A stretch of DNA of 64,000 nt, from positions 128,001 to 192,000 of the forward strand of contig CBDCMT010000001.1 of assembly GCA_965219095.1 (NCBI GenBank), written 5' to 3'. This document shows, in pieces, positions 10,282 to 19,013 of the stretch (within the stretch, counting starts at the first letter, position 1; each line of letters opens with the position of its first letter). Made by a program: the position numbers and the translations under genes. The notes under the pieces were generated by a model. It did not search any database. It was not told the origin of the DNA and worked only from the letters and a program-made list of their open reading frames with translations. The stretch is from Bdellovibrionales bacterium (lineage in GTDB: Bacteria > Bdellovibrionota > Bdellovibrionia > Bdellovibrionales > UBA1609).

Positions 10282-10350
10282 TTAGACCTTTCTTAGGTGA
10301 CAACAAAAATGGGTATAATATGTGAGATTATGGTTAAAGAAATCTCTTAC

Positions 10351-11325
10351 TTAAAGGATAGTATGACCTATAACTCTTCTAATGTCTTGTAAAAGGATTA
10401 AAGCCTCTTTGCTAGCTTTCCTAGATCCTTCCTGTAAAATCTCTTCTACTTCTTGAGGCTTGTTTTTATAATAAAGGTATTTGTCATAGGAAGACTTAAA
10501 AAAAGACTCTATTTTTAAAAATAAAATTTCTTTGACCTCACCCCAGCCCACCCCTTCTTGATATTTATGCTTTAAAGTCTTGATTTCTTGTTCATTACTA
10601 AACTCTTGGTAAAGATGAAATAAAAGACATTGTTCAATACTTTTAGGCTCATTCATACCTAGAGAATCAGTTTTAATTTTCATAATAGATTTTCTTAGTT
10701 TTTCAGGATCATCAAACATACAGATAGTATTGTTATAGCTTTTTGACATCTTTCTTCCATCAGTGCCTAAGATTAATTTTCTTGATTGTTTCACAGCTTG
10801 AGGGACTTTTAAAAGCTCACCGTATTTGTTGTTAAATTTCTTTGCAATATCACGAGCAAACTCAATGTGCTGAAGTTGATCCTCTCCTACAGGAACTTGA
10901 TCTGAGGAAAAAAGCAAAATATCACTAGCCATAAGGATAGGGTAAGAATAAAGCCCCATACTGACCTTATCGTCACTTTTACTTTCATGTACTAAAGCTT
11001 TATAAGCGTGAGCTCGATTCATAAAACCTTTAGGTGTGAAACAACTTAAAATCCAAGAAAGCTCAAAGATTTCAGGCAAATCAGACTGTCTGTAAAAGTA
11101 ATGCTTTTGAGAATCGAGTCCGCAAGAAAGCCATGTTCTAGCCACCTCTTCAACCGAATCTTTAAAAGCCTTTGATTCAGGTAGGCTTGTGAGACCATGG
11201 TAGTCTGCAATGAAAAAATAGCCTGTATGTTCTTTTTTCACTAAATCTAAAGCAGGTCTAATTGCCCCTAAATAATTACCTAAATGGGGTTTTCCTGAAG
11301 CTTTGATTCCTGTGAGAACTTTCAT
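10351..11325 (-). CDS. trpS: Tryptophan--tRNA ligase
   Basis: HLGN, YPILMASDIL, VPVGEDQLQH, KMSKS. Confidence 0.97.
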   Translation of the reverse strand: MKVLTGIKASGKPHLGNYLGAIRPALDLVKKEHTGYFFIADYHGLTSLPESKAFKDSVEEVARTWLSCGLDSQKHYFYRQSDLPEIFELSWILSCFTPKGFMNRAHAYKALVHESKSDDKVSMGLYSYPILMASDILLFSSDQVPVGEDQLQHIEFARDIAKKFNNKYGELLKVPQAVKQSRKLILGTDGRKMSKSYNNTICMFDDPEKLRKSIMKIKTDSLGMNEPKSIEQCLLFHLYQEFSNEQEIKTLKHKYQEGVGWGEVKEILFLKIESFFKSSYDKYLYYKNKPQEVEEILQEGSRKASKEALILLQDIRRVIGHTIL

Positions 11326-11348
11326 AGCTAAACTCTATAATAAACATT

Positions 11349-13022
11349 TTATGAGGCTTTTGAAAGTTTTTTCTTAAGGTTATTAAAGTTCAAGTCCCAG
11401 ATCTGAGGTAAATGAATGAAAAAACGGCAATAAAGGTCTTTCTTTGATTCCACCCAAATCACTCCTCCTAAAGACTCTACTTCTTTTGAGATCACATCCA
11501 AGCCGGTCCCTCTTCCAGATAAGTCTGTACAGACATCTTTTGTTGAAAAATTAGGTTGAAAGATCTCTTGTGCCACCTCAAAATCTTCCTTATTTTTTAA
11601 AAAAGGTTTTTTCTTTTTAATTTTCTCTATATCGATTCCCCTTCCATCATCCTCAATTTTAATTTCATACCAATCTTTCTGATCCTTTTGAAATTCAGAA
11701 ACAAAAATAGAAATCCTTCCTGCTCTTTTTTTACCCTTAAACTTTCTTTGTGAAGGGGCTTCAATCCCATGATCGATAATATTTCTAAATAAATGGATGA
11801 AGCACACAAACAAATGGTCATAAGGATCTAAGAAGATTTTCGTCTCTCCTCCACAAATTTTCAAAGGAAGAAGAAGTTTGTTAAGCTTGTGGCTCATTTC
11901 ACTTAAAGGCTCATTGAACTTCACAAAGGCCTTACTAATAGGTTCAGCTAGAACTTGTTTAACAAACTTACAAGCCTCATCTAAACTCTTTTTCGAAAAG
12001 TATATTCCTAAATATTTTTTTTGAACAGTTGCATGCTCAGACATGCGATTGAAGTCTTTTCCTAAAATATGGATGTATTTAAATAAAAATTCATCTAAAG
12101 CTTTCTTATAATTTTTAATATGATTTAAAAACTCACTATAAGATAATACATCTCTATAAATCTTTTTTTCAATATCTTCAACAATATTATGACAACTATT
12201 AATTTTAAGTTGTCTAGAAATTCCTCTTAGGGAATGAAAGAATCTTTTAAAATTTTCTAACTGTTCTGAAGTCACTTTCTCATTTTCATAAGATTTATTT
12301 TCTTCATAAAAATTTTTAATGTAAAAGACAAGCTTGTGAATTTCTCTTTTATTATTAGCAATATGGGCTATAAGAAGAGCTTCTTGTGTTTTGTGTTTGA
12401 TCTTCTTTTGAACTCTTCTTTCCTTAGTTTTATCAGTCAAACAAAATATAAGTTTGTCAATTTCCCCAAAAAGATTCTTAGAAGTTTTTACTTTTACTTT
12501 TATATATTTGTTCTTATGAGGATAAATTTTAAGAGGACAAAAAGGTAAAAGATGATTTACATCAATTCCTTTCTTAAACATAGCTTCAATCCAGATTTTT
12601 AATTCTTTTTTTTGTGAACTTTCTATTTTTAAAAAAGAAAGGAATTCTTTAGAAGCAGGAATATCTTCTCCTATTAAATCTTTGCAGACCGTGGTGTAAT
12701 GAGGGAGAAATTTTAGCTCTTTATTGATCATAAAAAAATCTTGTCCTAAATTTTCCTTTGTAGCTAAAAGAGAATTTCTTGCTTCTATCATATCTGATGA
12801 ACTGATCTTTACATTGGTCTTTGCCATATCTAATTCATTTTGAAGATGATTGTATGATTTTTCGAGTAGAACCAAAAAATCTTCAAAATGAGTTAAAATT
12901 TTATAAGCCATTTCATCAGAAGGATTAGATTTTTTAAGATTTTCTAGATCATAATTTAAGAAAGAGTCACCAAAGGATTTTTTTAAATTCCTTAAAAGCT
13001 CTCTTGATTTAAATTTTTTCAT
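11349..13022 (-). CDS. CheA-like histidine kinase (Hpt plus HATPase_c, no CheW domain)
   Basis: FFHSLRG Hpt motif; HLFRNIIDHGIE, EDDGRG, FSTK, SGRGTGLD boxes. Confidence 0.8.
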   Translation of the reverse strand: MKKFKSRELLRNLKKSFGDSFLNYDLENLKKSNPSDEMAYKILTHFEDFLVLLEKSYNHLQNELDMAKTNVKISSSDMIEARNSLLATKENLGQDFFMINKELKFLPHYTTVCKDLIGEDIPASKEFLSFLKIESSQKKELKIWIEAMFKKGIDVNHLLPFCPLKIYPHKNKYIKVKVKTSKNLFGEIDKLIFCLTDKTKERRVQKKIKHKTQEALLIAHIANNKREIHKLVFYIKNFYEENKSYENEKVTSEQLENFKRFFHSLRGISRQLKINSCHNIVEDIEKKIYRDVLSYSEFLNHIKNYKKALDEFLFKYIHILGKDFNRMSEHATVQKKYLGIYFSKKSLDEACKFVKQVLAEPISKAFVKFNEPLSEMSHKLNKLLLPLKICGGETKIFLDPYDHLFVCFIHLFRNIIDHGIEAPSQRKFKGKKRAGRISIFVSEFQKDQKDWYEIKIEDDGRGIDIEKIKKKKPFLKNKEDFEVAQEIFQPNFSTKDVCTDLSGRGTGLDVISKEVESLGGVIWVESKKDLYCRFFIHLPQIWDLNFNNLKKKLSKAS

Positions 13023-13052
13023 TATTTTATCTATACTTTTAAAAAGCGGACT

Positions 13053-13550
13053 TCAACAATTTAAAGTAATCGCAAAAGGACCATAAGATGTTTTAAAAGG
13101 GATGATTAAAATATCTTTTTCTTTTTTTACTTGAATTTTAAGAGGTCTTTTTATCAATTGAGGAGCCTTCATCTGCCACTTCGTTTGAAAATGAGTGGTT
13201 ACAGACTTTTTAAAACCTCCAAAAATAATATTTGTAATTTCACATACACCGTCTTGTAAGCACCTATCTTTATTAAGGTGAATTGTTTTTCCGTAAACTT
13301 TCTTTAAAAGAGGAAAAAGTGAGCCTTCTGTAAAAATCATATTGAAAAATCCACAAACCTGTTTCCTTTCATTTTGGAATTCAACCTGTGTTATAAGATC
13401 TCCTAAAACTTCTATTTTTTTTTTACAGACAATATAGTTATTAATGGAGGGCTTTTCACTAAATAACTGGAAGAAACTATCCTCTACAGATCGTTTCACA
13501 AAACTAAATAACATTTCATTATGATGATAGTTTTTAGCTTCCTGTATCAT
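13053..13550 (-). CDS. cheX: CheX-like chemotaxis phosphatase
   Basis: DGVCEITNIIFG (E-x-x-N) and PFKTSYGPF; lies between cheY and the cheA-like gene. Confidence 0.75.
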   Translation of the reverse strand: MIQEAKNYHHNEMLFSFVKRSVEDSFFQLFSEKPSINNYIVCKKKIEVLGDLITQVEFQNERKQVCGFFNMIFTEGSLFPLLKKVYGKTIHLNKDRCLQDGVCEITNIIFGGFKKSVTTHFQTKWQMKAPQLIKRPLKIQVKKEKDILIIPFKTSYGPFAITLNC

Positions 13551-13965
13551 CTACCTTATGATCCTGCTTCTCTATCTTATGCTTTACGGATTGTATCCTC
13601 TCATTAAGAACTTCTATGGAGAAAGGCTTTATAATATAGCCAGAAACACCCTTAGATACAGCTTTGACAATGGAGTTAAGTTCCGATTCAGCTGTAACCA
13701 TGATAATGGGGAGATCTCTAAAATTAACTTCGCTACGACATTTTGTAAGAACTTCATAACCATCCATTTCTGGCATGTTCCAATCCAAGAACACTAAAGA
13801 ATAAGGATTTTTATCTTTATGAGCTTCTTGTATTTTATTCCAAGCCTCTTTCCCATTAGAAACAAAATCAACGTTTTCATAACCCAATTTTGTTAAAGAA
13901 TTTTTAAAAATAGTCTGTATAAGTTCAAAGTCATCACTGACTAGTATTTTAATATCCTTTCTCAT
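13534..13965 (-). CDS. cheY: CheY-like single-domain response regulator
   Basis: VSDD, DWNMPEMDG, MVTAE, YIIKPF. Confidence 0.85.
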   Translation of the reverse strand: MRKDIKILVSDDFELIQTIFKNSLTKLGYENVDFVSNGKEAWNKIQEAHKDKNPYSLVFLDWNMPEMDGYEVLTKCRSEVNFRDLPIIMVTAESELNSIVKAVSKGVSGYIIKPFSIEVLNERIQSVKHKIEKQDHKVDDTGS

Positions 13966-14173
13966 TTTCTTTTCTTCTCCTTTTCTCACTAAAGTTTTTC
14001 TTTTTTGTAAATCTTAACTGCAATTTAAGTATCGGGGTTTTTATAAAAAATCTTAAATAAAAATGTCTCAAATTAAAACAAACATCTAGTGAAAATAGGG
14101 AGGTCTAGACTTTAGAAAGCCCTACTTTGATACAGTTGAGATATGTATCTTGTGATTTAACTGAATTTCTATA

Positions 14174-15281
14174 TAGTGCTTCCGTTTAGGTTTTCAGTTT
14201 CCTAAGATAGAGAAGTTATCAGTTATCAAAGTTTCTAATTTAGATCTATGTTTTCGTATTCCTCTAAAAAATTGACTTAAACTTCCCTTGAAATCGTCAT
14301 AGTTTTCATAATATCGATTCGCCGTGACCTCTTTTTTCATAAACTTCCAAAGCCTTTCTATAGGATTTAAATTCGGTGAGTACGGAGGAAGATAAACAAG
14401 TTTTATATTCAACTCTTTCGCTAACTTCTTGACAGACTTCGATCTATTGTATCCGGCCCCATCTAAGATAAGATGAATCTCTTTTTCATCGGAATACTTC
14501 TTAATGAATATGATGGAGCATATCACATAGAAAAACTTCGTTAACTGTCTTATAACTCCTGAGCTCCACAAACATTCACTCTTTTTCTCCAGCCTGAATT
14601 GGTCTTCACTTCAAACTTCTTACCCTCTCTTATCCAACCATATGAAATCGTAGGGCCCCACTCAGGATGTGTGGAATCAGCAAAGTAAACAGGACCGTCT
14701 TTCTTCTTAATTCTCTTGTATTTACGCACAAACTTTTTCTGCTCTTCTTTCTTTACCTTACCTGGTATCGCTGTGGCTTTTTTATAAGAAAAACCGAGGC
14801 GATGGAGAAGATCAATTACACCACTTGTTGAGTACGTAACACCAAAATTCTCCTCAATGAACTGAATAACGGTCTGTGATGATGGAAAAATTCTTTTCTC
14901 TAATTCCTTTAAAAGCATTTTCTCCTCTTTCTTAGTTAAAAAGGACCTTTTAGGGTTGTAATTGTCGTTGATTAAGCACTCTATCCCACCTTTGTTATAA
15001 CGATCTCTACAGGCTCTTATCGTGCCCTCATCAATGAAAAGAAAGCAGGCAATATCTTTACACAACTTACCTTTATCTAAATGGAGAATTGTCATAATCC
15101 TTTTTACGTATTTAATATTTTTCTCTAGAGATAGTTCATAGAGTAAATCTTTTCGCTCTTTTTTTGATAGAAACCCTGACATATGAAACTATTTTTAAAA
15201 ATAAATGACTTTTTATCAAGGCCTTAGAATAAAAACTAGACCTCAACTCAAAAAAAACGGAAAACCTAAACGGAAGCACTA
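14174..15281 (-). mobile_element. IS630 type-A element, transposase broken (29-bp deletion relative to the 51531 copy plus frameshift)
   Basis: TIRs TAGTGCTTCCGTTTAGGTTTTC, TA flanks; ORFs 14550-15182 and 14194-14571 with ILDGAGYN and LPPYSPNLNPIERLW. Confidence 0.92.
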
Positions 15282-15297
15282 TATATAGTGAATACGC

Positions 15298-15942
15298 TTA
15301 GATTTTCAGAAAAAAGCCTTCCTTAAAGAAAGCTTTTTTTCTTAGGAAAAAACTTTTTACAAACCAAAGCACTCTCAGTATTTGTAAAAAAAAATAAGGA
15401 ACAAAATAAATACAGGCCAAGATAAAATCACTTTTTTCTATAAGGAAAACATGAAAGGCCATAAAAACAGTTCCTAAATAAATGAAATTATGAAGATAAA
15501 ACCAATATTTTTTTAATTTCCTAACGGCATAATCATTAGAAGTGAGAGCTAGAAGAAAAAGTATGATAAAAGCTAAAAATCCAAATATAAGATAAACCTT
15601 TTCAAAGATCTCTCCAAAAGCATAAGACACATCTCTTTCATGGAAGAAAAAAAACATGACATGAAAAAAAGCACAAACAAAGGCTGCTACTCCAAGACTG
15701 CGACGATAAGGAAGAAGAGGTAGAAACCACTTTAAAGGCATATGAAACTTTTTAGCATAGGCCCTATAAATTCCTAAATACATGTTAATAAGAACCAGTA
15801 CTATTAGAATATGACCAAAGGTATGATTTAACTCTTCAAAAGGTTCAGGCCCCAGCTGGTTTGTAAAAAGCTGAAAAAGAGGGATAAAAAAAGGAAGGAA
15901 AAACAAAAACCAAAGTCTTTTTCTCACTTTAAGGGAACTCAT
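15298..15942 (-). CDS. msrQ: Methionine sulfoxide reductase heme-binding subunit MsrQ
   Basis: LGPEP, RRSLGV, LALTSN, W-x2-LH-x2-IY, several TM helices; adjacent to msrP. Confidence 0.88.
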   Translation of the reverse strand: MSSLKVRKRLWFLFFLPFFIPLFQLFTNQLGPEPFEELNHTFGHILIVLVLINMYLGIYRAYAKKFHMPLKWFLPLLPYRRSLGVAAFVCAFFHVMFFFFHERDVSYAFGEIFEKVYLIFGFLAFIILFLLALTSNDYAVRKLKKYWFYLHNFIYLGTVFMAFHVFLIEKSDFILACIYFVPYFFLQILRVLWFVKSFFLRKKAFFKEGFFLKI

Positions 15943-16023
15943 AGCTTATCTTAACTAAAAAATGAGAGAAAAGAACTTTTTTCTTGCAAAAGATGACAGA
16001 ATTCATACAATCTAAAAAGAGCT

Positions 16024-17010
16024 ATGCTTATAAAAAATAAAAAATTTTGGGAGTTTTGTGAAAATCAAGTGACTCCAGAAGCTTTTTATGAAGAAAGGAG
16101 AACTTTCTTAAAACATCTCGGAATTACAGGACTTGCAACAAGCCTCTTTCCTTTCTCTCTTTTTGCTAAAAAACTTTCTTTTAAAAAAAATAAGAACTAC
16201 TTACTACAAGACCCCTTACGTCCTCTTACTTCAGAAAAAGACGCTACAAGCTATAACAATTTTTATGAATTCAGTTTGAAAAAAACTGATGTAAAAGAAA
16301 AAGTCAAAGCATGGAAACTGCCAGAAGTGTGGAACATTGAAGTCAAAGAAGTTGATGAAAAAGTCAAAACATTTAATTTGCAAAAACTTATAAAAAAAAT
16401 AGGTCTTGAAGAGAGAATTTATCGTTTTCGCTGTGTAGAAGCATGGTCTATGGTTTTACCTTGGTTAGGTTTTCCTTTAAAGCACCTCATTCAAGAAATC
16501 GCCCCTTCAAGTAAAGCAAGCTACATAAAATTTCAGTCCTTTTATGATGTGAAACAGGCTCCTAATTTCACAAAACTCCCCTACTATCCCTGGCCCTATA
16601 CGGAGGGGCTAAGAATGGATGAAGCTCTGCATCCTCTCACCTTTATAGCCACAGGTCTTTATGGGAAACCACTAGCTAAACAGAACGGATCTCCTTTACG
16701 ACTTGTTGTGCCTTGGAAGTATGGCTTTAAGAGCATTAAATCTATTAGAAAAATAGAATTTACTCATAAAAGACCCTTAGGTTTATGGCAACAAATGGCC
16801 CCTAAAGAGTATGGCTTTTATGCCAATGTTAATCCAAAAGTCCCTCACCCTCGCTGGTCTCAAGAAACAGAAAAAGTTGTAGACGGGAGCTTAAATTGGT
16901 GGGATTTTATTTTAGGAAGAGCTAAAAGAATTCCCACCCTTATGTTCAACGGCTATGAATCAGAGGTAATCTCTTTATATAAAGGTATGGATTTAAAGAA
17001 GAACTACTAA
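16024..17010 (+). CDS. msrP: Methionine sulfoxide reductase catalytic subunit MsrP
   Basis: Tat motif RRTFLK; YNNFYEF, RFRCVEAWSMV, VPWKYGFKSIK, HPRWSQ. Confidence 0.95.
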   Translation: MLIKNKKFWEFCENQVTPEAFYEERRTFLKHLGITGLATSLFPFSLFAKKLSFKKNKNYLLQDPLRPLTSEKDATSYNNFYEFSLKKTDVKEKVKAWKLPEVWNIEVKEVDEKVKTFNLQKLIKKIGLEERIYRFRCVEAWSMVLPWLGFPLKHLIQEIAPSSKASYIKFQSFYDVKQAPNFTKLPYYPWPYTEGLRMDEALHPLTFIATGLYGKPLAKQNGSPLRLVVPWKYGFKSIKSIRKIEFTHKRPLGLWQQMAPKEYGFYANVNPKVPHPRWSQETEKVVDGSLNWWDFILGRAKRIPTLMFNGYESEVISLYKGMDLKKNY

Positions 17011-17017
17011 AAAATTA

Positions 17018-17149
17018 GCCTCCTCAAAAGAATCTGTGGGTTCCCGAAGGTTCTGGCAGTTTTCCAAGGTTATGATATAATACCATTTCCAAAAATTAAT
17101 TCGACATTCTTTTAATGCATAGCGTCCTGGCTTTTTGATCAACTCTGTT
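17018..17149. mobile_element. ISL3 right-end remnant (17018-17080) joined to IS630 type-B left-end remnant (17081-17149)
   Basis: GCCTCCTCAAAAGAATCTGTGGG then TACCATTTCCAAAAATTAATTCGAC. Confidence 0.85.
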
Positions 17150-17515
17150 TCTTAAATTAGGTGTGATAAGTTACTTGTAGTTTTATAAGATTGAAACCCA
17201 TGATTTAATTGATTGCATTGTTTCATGGAGTATTATGATCTTCTGTTTTCTTAACGTTAAAAAACCCTACACACAAGGAAAGTTTTGAGCTTTAAAACTC
17301 CTAAAGAACTGTTTTAAAGGAGTTTTTAAGTCCCAGCCTTTCAAAAAGGCTGGTCATCCATATTTTCTTTTTGATAGACTTTTTGAGATAAATTTCCTTT
17401 TGTCATCAAACCTTATTTGATTTTTTTTGTTTTTTTCTTAGAATGAAAGAAACTATAGACTTTGTTTTTTATAAGTAGTTAAAAGTGGAAAATAGTCCCC
17501 AATAAGAAAATCTAG

Positions 17516-17866
17516 CTACTTTTTACCCGCAGATTCCCGGGAGGAGTTGTTTTTTTTAAGTTTTTTTTCATACTCACGTTTTAATTTTTTGTAATATTCC
17601 TTTACATTGCGTACGTTAAGAGTTTGAAAAAAATCATGATCTTCTAAATTCGCTCCTAAGAACACAAGAAGTTTTGCTATTTGAAATCCTTTTAGCCTAA
17701 ATCTTCCTAAATTCTTTTCAAAACTAACCCAATCCTTTTTTGAAACTCCTAAAAATTGAGCTACTTCTTCTTGTGTTTTCTTTGACCTTACACGAATTTC
17801 TTTCATCTTATAAGAGATGCAAAACAAAAACATTTTTTCTAACTTTCTATTTTTATTATCTTTCAT
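17516..17866 (-). CDS. XRE-family helix-turn-helix protein with an ISL3-derived C-terminus
   Basis: AGGAGG RBS; TQEEVAQFLGVS HTH; SSRESAGKK* is encoded by the ISL3 left-end sequence. Confidence 0.7.
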   Translation of the reverse strand: MKDNKNRKLEKMFLFCISYKMKEIRVRSKKTQEEVAQFLGVSKKDWVSFEKNLGRFRLKGFQIAKLLVFLGANLEDHDFFQTLNVRNVKEYYKKLKREYEKKLKKNNSSRESAGKK

Positions 17867-18034
17867 GCTTACTTTCCTCCTTTATGAACTCACATAAGCA
17901 ACACAGCTTGAGAGTTCAATTTTTTAGAAGCAAGCCTATGCCAAAGCTCAAAGAATTTTTATTTAAAGAAGACAGACTAAATCAATTCAGATTTTGGATA
18001 AAAGATAAGTTTTTTAAATGAAAATATTGGTTTT

Positions 18035-18934
18035 CTACTTTACGATGTCTACTCTTAAGGAAGAGTTTTTAATGTGTAGATCCCTTTGAGGGAAAGCAAT
18101 CACAATGTCGTTTTCGCAGAAAGCTTCATCAATAGCGAAGCGAATGTCGCTAGAAACGATCTTGAGTTGAATGATGTTTTCCACATAGCTATAAAAGTAA
18201 AGGTGAAATTCTAAGTTGTTATCACCAAAATTTTCTAAAATAACAATGGGCTCAGGATAAGAGAGAACCTTTTTATGCTCTCCAGCAACTTTTAACAAAA
18301 GCTTTTTGACTTTTTTTGCAGCAGATCCATAGGCCACTCCTACTTTAATTTCTGAACGCACCACTCTATCAGAAAGAGTCCAGTTCAACACCTCTTTTTC
18401 CAAAAAAGAACTGTTAGGCACAACAATAGTCGTATTATTAATAGAAACAATCTTTGTGCTACGGGCTCCAATATCCTGAACTCTACCTCTAAGGTTAAGT
18501 TGAGCAATCTCCACAACATCACCCACTCGTACAGGTCTTTCCACCATAAGCACAATTCCGCTGATAAAATTATTCATAATATTTTGAGCCCCTAAACCTA
18601 CTCCAATAGCTAGAGCACCTCCTAAAACAGTAAGCATAGTCAGAGGAACATTCAAAACACCCAAAGAAAAGAGAATAAAAATTAAAAGTAAAACATAATA
18701 GGTAATCTTGTTAACAACGGCACGAGAAAGTTCATCCATTTCTTTGAATTTAGAGAGAATTCTTTTTTCAAGATAACGGCTTAAAAAATTTGCTAGAAAA
18801 AAACTTAGACATAGGAGGATTATCCCTAAAATGAGAGTCCCTATGGTGATAGACGAACCATTAGTATGTATAATTGGAGCATTCCAAATGTCTTTGACAA
18901 GCTGAAACATGCTTTTTACGAATTCTAAATTCAT
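18035..18934 (-). CDS. mscS: Small-conductance mechanosensitive channel
   Basis: GALAIGVGLGAQNIMNNFISG, RPVRVGD, VPNS, IAFPQR. Confidence 0.93.
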   Translation of the reverse strand: MNLEFVKSMFQLVKDIWNAPIIHTNGSSITIGTLILGIILLCLSFFLANFLSRYLEKRILSKFKEMDELSRAVVNKITYYVLLLIFILFSLGVLNVPLTMLTVLGGALAIGVGLGAQNIMNNFISGIVLMVERPVRVGDVVEIAQLNLRGRVQDIGARSTKIVSINNTTIVVPNSSFLEKEVLNWTLSDRVVRSEIKVGVAYGSAAKKVKKLLLKVAGEHKKVLSYPEPIVILENFGDNNLEFHLYFYSYVENIIQLKIVSSDIRFAIDEAFCENDIVIAFPQRDLHIKNSSLRVDIVK

Positions 18935-19013
18935 TCTTATTGTCTATTATAATTTATGAATAAAAATAAGAAAAGGTATTTATTCAAACCCTTTTCTAAG
19001 GTATGATATCATT

